A DNA stretch of 64,000 bases, from assembly GCF_963921235.1 (NCBI RefSeq), contig NC_086097.1, forward strand, positions 224,876,001-224,940,000, given 5' to 3'. This DNA is from Mobula hypostoma (taxonomy: Eukaryota). Below, piece after piece: positions 12,757 to 26,179 of this stretch (the stretch's first letter is position 1; each line of letters starts with the position of its first letter). The position numbers and the translations under genes are program-made. The notes beneath the pieces are model-generated. The model ran no database searches and had not been told where the DNA came from. It saw nothing but the letters and a program-made list of their open reading frames with translations.

Positions 12757-14250
12757 TACTTAGCTACTGTATGTTATAGCTAAAATGTGTTGTACGGTAG
12801 AAACTGGAAGGAATTAATGAAATATTGGAAGAATATAATGGGATTACTGTAAGTTAATATAAATGGGTGCTTGGCCAGCACAGGGTTGGTGGAAGGCCTG
12901 TTTCTCTGTTTTGTGACTGACTCTATTTAGTGCCATCAGCCAAGAATGAATATATCATTCAAAGGTTTTAAATTCTGTTGCTATGTAGTTATTTCTAGAA
13001 AGTTGATTAATGGTCATATTAATGTAAATGCTTCTGAATACTGAAATGAGATCACATTGTGACCATCACGGCATGTGATTTATTCAGTGGAGTCTTTGCA
13101 TTCTCCATGCTGATAGGTAAACATATCCATCTGGAATCAATGGTGCTCATGAAATAATTCCTGAACATTTCTCACAAGCAGATTCTCAATTGAATGCACA
13201 AAAGCAATTCAGCCTACATGTTTGATAAAATAACGTGATCGCGACAAACAATGACAAATTTTGAATTGGTTAACATTTGCACTTTTAATGTGAAACTCTT
13301 CAAATTAAAGATTAATTTATTGACACAATTGAGATCAAATAATAATGTAAGCCCATAATTCACTGCGGTTTTAGAAGTGAGTAATCGAGTGATTTGGACA
13401 TGGTACGGCGAATAAAGCAGAGTCTGAAGCTGTGGAAACAACTGCCAATGTAATGATCACATTGCTAATGATGCAATCCATCTTTGATAAGAACAGCAAT
13501 CCTTCAAAAATAAATATTTTACTTCCAATGCATGATGCATAAAAATAAAGTACATTAAGAAAAGCAATGTGTTCATCAAGCTGGTTTTAAAGTGCACTTG
13601 TATATTCTGCAGTGGAGCGAAGCACGTCAGCTCAAGGAATCGATGGTCTGTGTGTTTTGCTGAAAGCTGTCATTTAAGGGCACATAGTCCTAAGGTAACA
13701 GGCACCATCTCCACACATTGAAACTGACCAATGCACCCACATAAACTGTATGTATTCCTTTCACCTGCATCAGTTTCATAACCTTCTATGTATGCCTTGT
13801 GTGTTTGCCTTGATGCTTTTTAAATGTTTGAAAGATTTATCTGTCTCCAGCACCTCAACGGACAGCATGTTCCAGATACCCAGCTATCTTGAGCTGCTGG
13901 ACCTCGTCCATTCCCCTACCCTTTCCATGAGTTTATCACTTAACTGCCAGTGAGCTTCAGAACTTGATTTGCAGATTGACAAGGTGGACGATGGGAGACA
14001 TAAATCTGAAGGTATCAGTTGAAGAACCTTGGCATACTATACTGAGTTTTGAGGGTGGATTTTAAAAAAACAAATTGTCAGTAATATAATTTAAGGATGG
14101 AATGATAACTATAAAATTTCTCAAATGTGATAATAGAGTAGTAACAGATCAAAACACCTTTTAATGAGACAATTATTAAGCTTTATAACTCCAAAACATC
14201 AAACCTCGTTGGTTCAGTGGTTCAATTTCATATAAAAAAAATAATATCAA

Positions 14251-15893
14251 AGGACTGAAAAGCTTGAGCATGTAGACATTAAGAAAGGGGATGTGCTAGG
14301 AACTTCTGGAAAGCATCAAGTTAGATAAGTCACTGGGACCAGACGAGATAATACCCCAGGCTACTGTGGGAGGCGAGGGAGGAGATTGCTGAGCCTCTGG
14401 CAATGATATTTGCATTATCAATGGGGACAGGAGAAGTTCCGGAGGATTGGAGGGTTGCAGATGTTGTTCTTTTCTTCAAGAAAGGGCATAGAGGTGGCCC
14501 AGGAAGTTATAGATCAGTGAGTCTTACTTCAGTGGTTGGTGAGTTGATGGAGAAGATCCTGAGAGGCAGGATTTATGAATATTTGGAGTGGCATAATATG
14601 ATTAGGAATAGTTAGCAAGGCTTTGCCAAAGACAGGTTGTGCCTTACGAGCCTGATCGAATTTTTTGAGGATGTGACTAAAAATGTTGATAAAGGTAGAG
14701 CAATGGATGTATTGTATACGGATTTCAGCAAGACATTTGATAAGGTACCCCATGCAAGGCTTATTGAGAAAGTAAGGAGGCATGGGGTCCAAGGGGATGC
14801 TGCTTTGTGGATCCAGACGGGCTTGCCCACAGAAGACAAAGAGTAGTTGTAGATGGGTCATATTCTGCATGGAGGTTTGTGACCAGTGGTGTGCCTCAGG
14901 GATCTGTTCTGGGATCCCTTCTCTTTGTGATTTTTTTTTATATATAAATGACCTGGATGAGGAAGTGGAGGGATGGATTAGTAAATTTGCTGATGACACA
15001 AAAGTTGGGGGTGTTGTGGATAGTGTGGAGGGCTGTCAGAGGTTACAGTGGGACATTGACAGGATGCAAAACTGGGCTGAGAAGTGGCAGGTGGAGTTCA
15101 ACCCAGATAAATGAGGTGGTTCATTTTGGTAGGTCAAATATGATGGCAGAATATAGTACTAATGGTAAGACTCTTGGGAGTGTGGAGGATCAGAGGGATC
15201 TTGGGGTCTGTGTCCATAGGCCACTCAAAGCTGCTGCGCAGGTTGACTGTGCGGTTAAGAAGGCATACGGTGTATTCGTCGCCTTCAATCGTGGGATTAA
15301 GTTCAAGAGCGGAAAGGCAATGTTACAGCTATATAGGACCCTGGTCAGACCCCACTTGAAGCACTGTGCTCAGTTCTGGTCACCTCACTATAGAAAGGAT
15401 GTGGAAACTATAGAAAGGGTGCAGAGGAGATTTACAAGGATGTTGCCTTGATTGGAAAGTATGCCTTATGAGAGTAGGTTGAGTGAACTTGGCCTTTTCT
15501 CCTTGGAGTGACTGAAAGAGAGGTGACCTGATAGAAGTGTACAAGATGATGAGAGGCATTGATGGTGTGGATGGCCAGAGGCTTTTTTCCAGGGCTGAAA
15601 TGGCTAACAGGAGAGGGCACAGTTTTAAGGTGCTTGGAAGTAGGTACAGATGCGATGTCAGGGGTAAGTTGTTTTTTCTTTTTTACTCAGAGTGTTGCAT
15701 GCGTGGAATGGGCTACCAGCGACTGTGATGGAGGCGGATATAATAGGGTGTTTTAAGAAACTCCTGGATAGGTACATGGAGCTCAGAAAAATAGAGGTCT
15801 ATGGGTAACCCTAGGTAATTTCTAAAGCAAGTACATGCTTGGCACAGCATTGTGGGCCGAAGGCACTGTATTGTGCTGTAGGTTTTCTATGTT
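14251..15893 (+). mobile_element. CR1-like LINE, 5'-truncated (RT domain plus 3' end), frameshifted
   Basis: VPEDWRVADV..FKKG; DFSKTFDKVPH; SKFADDTK; LYRTLVRPHL..C.QFWSP; tail ttttctatgtt. Confidence 0.92.
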
Positions 15894-16686
15894 AATGTAT
15901 ACAGTATACTACCTGAAATTCTTACTCTTTGCAGACATCCACAAAACAGAAGGAGAACACCAAAAATGAATGACAGAAACATCGGAACCCAAAAGGCCCC
16001 CTCCCCGTCCCATGCACCAGCAGCATAAGCATCAACCCTCCCCTCACTTCAATAAAAGTGCCAACACCTCCCTCCACCCCCATGCAAGCAATAGCAAAGC
16101 CCCCAAAGAGACCATGATCTAATGTCCTTCAATAAAAAAAAACTACAATCTATTCCAACACTTCGACATCTCAGACAGGCTCTCTATCACTGGCAAGGGA
16201 GAGAGGGGTGGCTCCTGAAGCAAACAAAAGCATGAGACAAGCAGCTCACTGTTTAGATGTTACAATCTTCTGTGTCACTTCTCCAAGTCCCCCAACTGAA
16301 GGACCGACAGGCACTCTCTCACCATCAAAAGAGAGAGGAGGGGAGAGAGAGGGTTGTTCAAGTACAGGTTCCTCCTTCCAACTGCAGTGTAGATCGCCCG
16401 CTGTCTCAATGTTTCGGTCTCCTGTGACACCAGTGAAGACCTGGCTCGTCCCTGGGAAGTGGCACATTTTCCAGGCCATACCTGGAGATATTGAAATGCC
16501 AGGCCGCAGGGCTAGTTTGTGAACCCACTCGCCGGCAACTGTAGTTTGAGCTCCAACTGCAGATCACTGACTCCAGCAGGACTCCAGCCACCTTGAAAAG
16601 AAAAGAGAGACATGAGGAAAGAATAAACTATTTTGTGGATGAACGGCAAGAAGTTGCCTAGGTCTGCAAAAACCTCTGGTGCCATC
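15894..16686 (-). mobile_element. Non-coding retroposon-like repeat whose tail (14207-14250) is separated by the CR1 insertion
   Basis: Reverse complement resembles tails at ~37800-37885 and ~39330-39415; no coding motif recognised. Confidence 0.45.
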
Positions 16687-17384
16687 TAATTGAAAAGAAA
16701 AATCGAGGGAGCCTGAGATATGAGTAGCTTAGTTTTGTTCTTACTTTAGCAAGATGTGCACGTAACATATAACGCATAATGAACTATTTAAACAAAGAAC
16801 GCTTAATCAAATATATTTTAAATATTACCCAAGTAATAAATACACAACACTCCTCCCTGCTTAGCTATAAACTCCAACTCAATATAGAATGCATCTCAAC
16901 TTGTATATGTATATATTTATACAGGATACTAGATAATACAACTACAATATTGTGCAAAAGTCTGACGTGCAAAGGCAGGGTGCCTTGGATCCTTGCATAG
17001 CAGTGTAATTGTATGTATTGCACTGTACTGCTGCCAAAAAATAAAACAAACTTAATGACATGTGAGTGATGAGAAACCTGATTCTGATATGGGACATTGC
17101 ATACTGAGAGTGGGAAGGGGGTAGGGGGTAGGGAGAGTGGAATCATGATTAGGAAAAGGGGAAGGGAGCAGGGAACACCACAGACATTCTGTAATGATCA
17201 ATGAAGCAATTTTTTGAAATCAAATTCCCTGGTGTCTTAGTGCTGCATATATCTACACCAATGCCACCCTCTGCCCCTGGTACTCTGTCTCTGCCACCTG
17301 TGCCACACCCCTCCCTTGCCACTCCCAAGACCCTTTGCTCCTGGCAGATTTACAAACTTGCCTTCTGCTCCATGTTGACAAATA

Positions 17385-17460
17385 CAGTACTGTGCAAAAG
17401 TTTTAGGCACCCTAGCTATATATACTCTGTGTCTGTGTGTAAGACTTTTGCACAATGTTG
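17385..17460. mobile_element. Tiny Tc1-type MITE
   Basis: TA|CAGTACTGTGCAAAAGT...ACTTTTGCACAATGTTG|TA; related degenerate copy at ~16944-17006. Confidence 0.65.
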
Positions 17461-17793
17461 TATATAGACTAGCATAGTAATTCTTAAATTGTCCCAATCA
17501 GACTAAAGATTTAATCGCTGTAGAGGATTTCTTATTCTTGTGGGATAAGGTCTTTTCTGACAGCTGCAAGTCTCAAGCTGCTTGGCAGGTGAGATGTGCA
17601 GCTGTGAAATAATCTCAGGTTCTGGGTCCTCCTCCATGGTTACAGGAGTTGAACTCTGGGACTGCAGAAAGTGGTTCTGACAGCTCTGGGCTCCTTTCTC
17701 CTTTTTCCTTTCTTCTCCAAGATGCTCTGCTCTGTCTTGGAAGGCATTTCTTCAGCCTCCATGCAATCTAGCTCACTGGCTACCTTATCATGT

Positions 17794-18089
17794 GGGCACG
17801 TGGCCAAGTGGTTAAGACACTGGACTAGCGACCTGAAGGTCGTGAGTTCGAGCCCCAGCCGAGGCAACGTGTTGTGTCCTTGAGCAAGGCATATTGCTCT
17901 GCGACGACACTGGTGCCAAGCTGTATGGGTCCTAATGCCCTTCCCTTGGACAACATTGGTGTCGTGGAGAGAGGAGACTTGCAGCATGGGCAACTGCTGG
18001 TCTTTTATACAACCTTGGTCAGGCCTGCGCCCTGGAGAGTGAAGACTTTCCCGGCGCTGATCCATGGTCTCGCAAGACTAATGGATGCC
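17794..18089 (+). mobile_element. tRNA-derived SINE
   Basis: A box TGGCCAAGTGG (17801-17811), B box GTTCGAGCC (17846-17854), then core-like gtgtccttgagcaaggca and a 3' body. Confidence 0.8.
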
Positions 18090-20952
18090 TTATATAAGGA
18101 AATATAAGTGTTTTGTAAAACTTGGGTGTGGCATTTTTTATTTAACGCAATTTTACCCTTTGAGTTTGAGTTTTCCAATTCCATTCTTCAACACTGCTGG
18201 GGCATCATCCAGTACCTTTCTTAATTTGTTTTCAGTCAACTGTATTGGAGGAGATGTGGCATGCAAGTGGTGGATGAATCTCCAATCAAGTTGTAGTTGT
18301 CTTAGTCAATCATGGCCCCACAATGCTGTCCCTCCTGGTTTTTTGTTTTTTACCACACATAAGCTCAATATGGCTTGTTGGTTGTTGTATTACCCACAAG
18401 AGTTATCTTTTCACCAGTATAAGTTCTTAGTTGCCGTTCAAACTCAGCCAAGCCAGTGTCCAATTCCTTTTTAATAAATTTTCTGTTCACTTCTGTTGTA
18501 AGCCATATTGCCTGTCTATTGTTAGTTATCACATTGTAAATCTCAAGGCCACTCAGTCCTGAGTCAGTCACATCATTATCAGATTTTTCATCAGATAGTG
18601 CTCTTTTTGAAACTGTAACTTGTCTTTTTATCTTTTTCTCTTCCATGTAGTCCATTTACTTTTGTCTGCCCAACATGCTTTTTTTTATGTCCCCTTTGTT
18701 GTATCTTCTGCATGTTTCACCTTAAACCCTGCATTGGTCTGATGTACGTGAGCCACTGCACAACAGTAACAATTTATTTGGCCAGGCAGGTTTCGGATTA
18801 GATGTTGCAATTTTGTTCACGTTCACTTTCATTCCTGATATCAACTCAGTTACATCTGTTTGCTGTTTACTTTGCTACAGCTATTTCAACTGCTCTTTTA
18901 AATATAAGTTGTGCTTCAGTTTGGGGCCATTTTTTTTTTGAACAATTTCTTGCAAGATTTCAGTGCATCATTAAACCATTCATTGAACTGGCAATGCTCA
19001 GACTATTTCTTTAATTCATCCATGTACACTGAAATGGACTCCTCCTCTTTTTCATTCTGCTTATGAAACTTCAAGTTCTCTGCAATCAGCAATGGGTTTG
19101 GTTCTATATGTTCCTGCACTATGTTCATGTTATGAACAAAGTTCATTTTGGCTCATTTGGTTGGAGCAGTCAAACTTCTAAGCAAACTGTATGCTCTTCC
19201 ACCAAATACATTCAGCAAAACCACCACTTGTTTCTCATTGACTATTTTACTTCCGTCAAAATACAGCTGAATTTGTTCAATATGCATGATCCAGTTATCT
19301 GTTGTGCAATCGAATGCATCTATCTTCCTGATGTAGCAAGGTATTTCTGCTTTTTAAAAAATAATTATTATCACTCAGTACTCAATGTTAATTTTGTTGA
19401 TTTTTCTGACTTTTTATTTAAATTTGGTAGTCTTTTTCTCCCCCTTCCAAAGAAAAAGAAACCTGCTACACTTGTATTTTAAACTCAGGCGGCTCTTTCT
19501 ACCTTTGTGAAGGAAAAAAAGTGTTGCACTTTCTTTGTAAGTCTAATGTTTTGCTGTGCTTCAACAGCTAGGTAGTTGTCTCCAGTTCATTTAAAAGCTT
19601 ACTAATCATGATTGTTATGTTCTGTATCTCAAAAACAGAAAACTAATAGAAAAATACTGGAGCTTGGAAGAACATGTCCCTCTGTTTAACTTTAGAGGTT
19701 GACACGTATGACGTGGTGGCATAATAACAGGTGCCATTCACATATAACCCATTATGAGTTATGTAAACAATAAAGAATGCTTCATCAAACAATATATTTA
19801 CTGAATATTACTGAAATATTAAATACGCAATATCTTCAGGAAAACTAAAACTGAGAGGTTATTTCCAAAGGGGTATTTCGCAAAACATTGACAGAAAATT
19901 AGTGGAAGAAAAATTCTCATTTAAACAGCAACTTGTATGTCCTCAGGATGTGCAAAACTAAAATAATGAAATGTGTCTGTTATTTTGTGAAAGAATAAGG
20001 CAGCCAAGTTGACACCAGCCAAGTCCAAAATACCACAATAGATGACAGCAGCTATATTTTTTTTTGGTTAAGCAAGCTGTTGAAAAATTGTCAGTCTACA
20101 CATGTGAAAGTTGGCAAAATAGTCAAATTGGGAGAATAATTATGGAAGTTCCTGACAAAGGAATTTGATTCTGAAGAATTCTCATAGCATGGTTTGGTAT
20201 CAATATAAATCTTAAAACAAATTTTATTTTAATGATACAGCATGGTAACAGACTCTTCTGGCCCAACAATGTTGTGCCACCCAATTATACCCATGTGGCC
20301 AAATAATTTCCAATCCCTTATGTCTTTTGAATGTGGGAGGAAACTGGAGAACCTGGAGGAAACCTGCAGTCACGGGGAGAATATACAAACTCTGTATGGA
20401 CAGCAGTGGAATTGACCTGGGTCACTGGTGCTGTAACGGTAACCTTTACACAACTTTATGAACATGTAGTTAAAAATTACAGATCTGCTTGGAGTGATAA
20501 TAGCTCTACAATATGTTCATCTGCTCTCACATAGTGTAATTCAGATCCAGAATACTTTGCCCTGTTGGTGATTGTACTTCAAATCCTCCTAGTCACATAC
20601 TGGATGCATTAGATTTTCCCCCCGTTTTCTAATAATTTGCATCTGTTGTATTCACATTGTATTCCCTCAGAATAGGTAAGTGGTTAGCACTTAAAGCACT
20701 AATGTTAATGAAAAGCTGCAAAAAATGAAAATATAATTAAATTACTTTTTGCATTTAGGATAGCCTGAAACGTGTTTATCTTAATTTGACTACTACAAAA
20801 TCTGGCAGAGTTATCAGCTGTTCTGAATTTGAACAAAACACACTACTTTTCTTTCATGTATTTAAAAATGTCATAACTTAAGTAACACATTATTGATTTT
20901 TTTCATTTTTATCCCCCAGAATTTGCTGTATATTTGCTCCATTAGCAATAAA

Positions 20953-21155
20953 GAGTTTGTACGTTCTCCCTGTGACCATGTAGGTTTTCTCTGGGTGCTC
21001 TGGTTTCCTCCCACAGTCCAAAAACGTACCAGTTAGTAGGTTAATTGGTCATTGTAACTTGTTCAGCAATTAGACTAGGATTAAATTGGGAGATTGCTGG
21101 GTGGTATGGCTTGAAAGGCCAGAAGGACCTATTCTGTAGTATGTCAATAAATAAA
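20953..21155 (+). mobile_element. HE1/V-SINE-like SINE fragment
   Basis: gagtttgtacgttctccc...ggtgctctggtttcctcccacagtccaaa core; relatives at ~8870-9050, ~20330-20440(-), ~39540-39715, ~44455-44640, ~46180-46450. Confidence 0.75.
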
Positions 21156-22739
21156 TTGTTTATTCCCCATTTCAAGATTTTTTGTAATGATCCACATGAG
21201 CCATTATTGATACAAGCCATAATTTTATGCTTGCTTTATTACCTTGCTTAAAACAAACAACTATAAATTTGTTACCATGACTTCCTCTTAGGTATTTGCT
21301 AATTTATTATAATTCTGCCTTGTGTCCTACTGCTACCCCTCAGACTGGAAAAATCCCTTTGGCAGCAGAGGGATTTGCAGGCGTGTATTTGAGGAAGTCC
21401 ACCGGAGAAGTCAGAGGCTAATTGTCTACAAGTCCGCAAATCCACTGGAGGCCCGAAGGGTCGTGTGTGTGTGTGTGTGCGCGCGCTGTTGGTGGTGGGG
21501 AGGAACGGGGCTTATTTTGTTGTTTGTTTTGTTCTGTCTTGTGTCCTTTGCCATTCTGCTGAGCATTGTGGGTATGCTATATTGGTGCTGGAATGTGTAG
21601 GGACACTTGCAGCTGCCCCCAGCACATTCTTGGGTTGTGTTGGTTGCTATGGCAAGTGGCACATTTTACAGTATGGTTCGATGCACATCTGATAAGTCTG
21701 AATCTGAAACACCGTGGTTCATTTCTCAGGTTTGGAATCTCAGTGGTGTTCAAACAGGTCACACATCAAAACTGGAATGCAGTAAACACTATTGGAAATT
21801 TATCTAATAACAGATGCTTCTCTTAAATCCCTTGGCTCTTTGAGTCAGATGCATATCGCCTGATTCCAAAGGTTCAAACTACAGCTTAGTTACAGCAGTT
21901 GAAGAACTGGAGATCTGTCTTGAAGCCACTTGAACAGTCTTGCAAAAGGCTAAAGTGGGTGCAATAATTCCTGAAATTCAACGCCTGTACAAATAACCAT
22001 CATACTCTGTAAAAACCAGATGGTTTTTATCTTGATGATATGGATCCAATTTCAGGAAAACAGCACACAAGCCTGCATGTTGACAATGAATACAAAAACC
22101 TCCATATTAATGGTGATATAATAAGGAAATTAGCTGTGGGTTGGTGGGTGGTAGGAGAGGCAGCTAAGTAGATGGCAGATGAAGAGGTTGAACTGGTTGG
22201 AACACTGATAATGGGCAATGATTGAGATAGATGGATCGAGAGGATGTAGTGATTGGTGGGGGGGGGGTGCGGCCAATGTCAACTTATCCTGCCAACATAG
22301 AGATAATATAGTAAATTAGACACATGCTTGAGGGATGAGATCCACAGTTATTACTGGGGGGGAGGGTGGAATTTCAGGGCGCAGTAGCTCATGACTACAT
22401 TTAACTGCTAAATTTCCTGAGACCAAGGAAACCTAGCTGACCAGCATAAATTGAAATTCAGTACCCAACTGCATGAAGAGGGGCTGATGTAAACATTATA
22501 AAGAAGTGTCCCATCACTACAAGCAGAAACCGACAAATCAGCGGCACGCCACCATAAAATTTGTGGCAGGCACATATATGAATTTTTGTATCACCTGAAA
22601 TATGAGGTTAAAAGCAAGGGCATAATGTGTGTCAGCAGCAAAACTATTTTAGCTTATCAATGTATTGGTGCAGATTGAAACAGGTCTAATTATTAAAGAT
22701 CATAGGAAGAGCAGGCTGACGACGCCTTGACCCTACTTT

Positions 22740-23320
22740 ACCATGTAACAAGGTCACAGCTTATCTATCCCACTCTCTTCCTTCCTTTTCCCTATATCTC
22801 ATCAGTTCCCTAGAATCTAGAAATCCACCAGTCTTAGCTTTGACTGCAATCAATAACTGAGTCTCCATACCACTCTGGGAAAAAGAATTCAAAAGAGAGT
22901 GAAGCAGCCTTTGAAACTGTGACCCATTGTTCTAAACTCCTCATCCAAAAGAAACATCCTCTCTGTATCCACCCAGTCCAGCCCATTAAGAACTTTGTTT
23001 GTTGTACTGGCATCGTCTTGCATTCATTTAAACTCCAGTGAACAGAGAGCCAACCCACTCGATCTCTCCTGACATGACAGACATGTTGCACTTCTTGTAC
23101 AGACTTTTCATGGAAGGATGTCAAATTTGTTCACAATACTCCAGGTCTGGACAGCAAGGCCCTATATGATTGTAATGAGAAGGCTTTACTCTTGCTATTC
23201 AATCTTCTTGCAATAAAGGCTAATATACTATATTGCTTCCAATTTGCTTTCTGCACGTGCATGCTAGCTTTATGTGAGTTTTATACAAAGCCATCCAGGT
23301 CTCTTTGAACATTACAATTT
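22740..23320 (-). mobile_element. Old CR1-like LINE fragment
   Basis: Degenerate similarity to 460-1870. Confidence 0.6.
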
Positions 23321-23639
23321 TCCATTTCCCAACCTATCATCATTGCTTAAAATCATAAATGCTGCAAAAAATTCCACACCTTTCTATTGTGCAGTGCTTT
23401 AGATCTTTAAAATGGGGATCTTTCTAACATGGTTTGAACAACAAACAGCCACAGATACCTCTCTTTAACTCTTCTGTTGATCACAGTTCTGCCATTAATC
23501 ACTAAAGTGCCTTTCTCTACATAATACCAAACAATACATCTGTGGCTTTCTTCAACTGAAAAGATTTGTTCATTTTCAGTCTAATTAAGCAAAAAGTCTA
23601 AGCTCTATCAATTTCAGCAGAGGCAACATTTTCTGAGTT

Positions 23640-24779
23640 TGTTTTTGTTTATATAATAATTCAGTAATATTTGAGTAATTGAAAATATTTATTAAGCATT
23701 CTTTGTTCATTTAAATAATTCATTATGGTTATATGCAAAAGTATGTGAATGGCATATGTCATCATACCACCATGTTGGGTGCACGACTCGCAGAAGTAAA
23801 AATGAAACAATGACACTTGGGCTTCCTTGATTTTGTTTTTGATTTGCTTTTTATGCTTTGGAGTTAGTAAACATAACAATGATGATGAGGAAGTTTTAAA
23901 TAAACCCAAGTCGATGACTACCTGTTGAAGCATAGTGAAACGTCCCAGTTTTTTAAAAAAGTGCAGCGAGAAATGATAGTTTAGAAAAACAGCGCAGCAT
24001 GTGCCTCTTTGGGAAGGGACAAGCAAGGGCAAGTTTTGCTTTAAAAAAGGGCAGATTACGGACAAATTCATGGTTCATAAACAATAATAAAAGCAGAAAT
24101 GTCTGACTGCATCAGTGAAATGGATATGTTGGATCGCACGAGAGGTAACTGGAATATGTATACTGAACTAATTGAGCTTTATTTTGAAGTAAATGAAGTG
24201 GCCAATGAGAAACATGCCAATGTTGCTAAGTGCATCGGGTTTAAAGGCATACAGTTTGCTTAGACATTTGACTGCTCCAACCAAACCAGCTGAAATGAGC
24301 TTTGCTGATATCATGAAAGTAATGTAGGGACATTTAGAACCCAAAGCATTGTTGATTGCAGAATGCGTTTCGTTTCATAAGCAGAGTCTAATTCAGTGTT
24401 CATGGGGGAATTGAAAAGATTGACTTAGCATTGTCAGTTCAGTGATAGGCTTAATGATGGAATGAAAAATTATTTTGTTTATTGCAAACATTCAAAAATG
24501 GCTCCTGACTGAAGCACCACTGAGTTATAGCTAAGCAGAAAAGAGTGTTGTGTATTTAATGTTTCAGTAAATTGAGTGGTGTTATAAGTATATTTAAGCA
24601 TTCTTTGTTTACATAATTCATTACATGTTTAATATAAAAGATGTGAATGACATATGTGATTCAACCACCATGTCATAAATGTGCACTGCACTAAAAGTAA
24701 AACAAAACGTACATGTTCTCCCAGTCTCTCATGTTTTTCTCTCAATTAGTTTTATATTTTGAGGTTACAAAACTTAACA
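23640..24779 (+). mobile_element. Ty3/Gypsy short-LTR family, copy C (two LTRs around ~0.67 kb with only the gag N-terminus)
   Basis: LTRs ~23640-23878 and 24546-24779 (TG...CA); purine tract at 24534-24545; gag start MSDCISEMDMLDRTRGNWNMYTELIELYFEVN at ~24099. Confidence 0.8.
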
Positions 24780-25110
24780 GTATAGAATAGGGTAAATGAA
24801 AGCAGGCTTTTTCGACTAAGGTTGGATGAGACTTGAACTCGAGGTCATAGGTTAAGTGTGAAAGGTGGAATGGTTAAGGGAAAAATTAGGTGGATCCTCT
24901 TCACTCAGAGGGTGGTGAGAATGTGTAACAAGTTGTTAGCAGAAATGGTGGATGAGAGTTTGATTTCAACTTTTGAGTAGTTTTGTAAATACATGGATGG
25001 GAAGGGTATGGAGGGTTATGGCCTGGGTGCAGGTCGACGGGACTAGGCAGAATAATTGTTTGGCATGCAGTCGATGGGCTGAATGGCCTGTGTGTTGTAC
25101 ACTCTTTGAC
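24780..25110 (+). mobile_element. CR1-like LINE 3' end
   Basis: actcgaggtcataggttaag...ttcactcagagggtggtgagaatgtg (TRGH...FTQRVV). Confidence 0.7.
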
Positions 25111-26179
25111 TATTTCAGGGGAAAAAAAGTAGCCAGATTATTGAAGGGAACTTGTCTGATTTTATTCAAGATATTTTTCTGCAGTTTTTTTATTCCAATG
25201 CAGCTGAGAGAGATGTTCCAACCTTGGCTTAAAGATGGCTCGAATAATAGGAAGCCTAGCTTTACTCCTATACGTCATGGCTGAAATGCCTAGAATTTAC
25301 TTGTGACTACCGAGCAGTTCTACACTGGATAAGTTTGAAGCCCAGGCTATAAAATGGGATCTCAAGCCATGAGTCACTCACAGAAAGTCATGTTAGACTT
25401 TAACAGCACAAGGGAATGTTTTGACTGTTTCCCACTTGGAGGCCAAGCTTGCCTTTCTATCATAGATGTCAAATACATTGACCATTTTGATATTCAAGAA
25501 CATTTAGAAACATTCAGAAACAATTAAAACTAATTTTATGAAGAAATATTGGCATTATTTGCACTTGGGAAAAGGAAGAACAAATTTGGGATTGTCAGCA
25601 TGGCTTAATTCATGGGCCATCATATCTCATGAGACAACCAGGAGGATTGATGAGGGCAATCTGGTTTCTCCACTCTGATAACTTCCTCAGTTCATATTTA
25701 AGATGCTTATTCTCTGTCCCCATCTACGTACCATAATAGTTTTCTCACTCAGATAACTTCAGTGATCTCTTCTCTCAACCTTGGCAGAAAGTAACATGCT
25801 AGTTTGTGACTTCAATCTTCATCCTGATGCGTCAGAATTTCTTGTTGCAATATTCACTACTGCCACCCTATCCTCCCACAATCTCTCCCTTTGTATTAAT
25901 TCTCCTGTTAATAGTGCAGTTTTCTCTTTGCTCTTACTATCTAGCATGGCTTCTACTGTTAGTTAATCACAGGCAAGGAGGAATGGAGATTTTTGTTGTT
26001 GCTGCCATTCTTGGCAATAAGTCATGGCTTGTTATTAAATTGCCTTGGGAGAATGGTTTGGCAACAGTACTTATATAAGTACACACGTCCATTGGGAAAA
26101 TGGGCTTCACTAGTTCGGATAATCTTTTGGATAGCAAAGACATTCAAAAGCAACTTTAGCATTTCAGAGCTTATTTCTT

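Larger units (their letters stand above)
14173..19832 (-). mobile_element. Ty3/Gypsy short-LTR family, copy B, with nested insertions
   Basis: One LTR split (14173-14204 plus 16687-16849) with adjacent PPT ctcctccct; other LTR 19613-19832; protease-like KKELDTGLA in ORF 18365-18655(-); gag remnant ~18700-19350. Confidence 0.75.

Noticed and set aside
17794..17865. tRNA gene
   Set aside because: A/B boxes are present, but there is no convincing acceptor stem or T-run terminator and it continues into a SINE body.
21840..22620. Possible ancient LINE or exon
   Set aside because: No motif I could assign with confidence in any frame.
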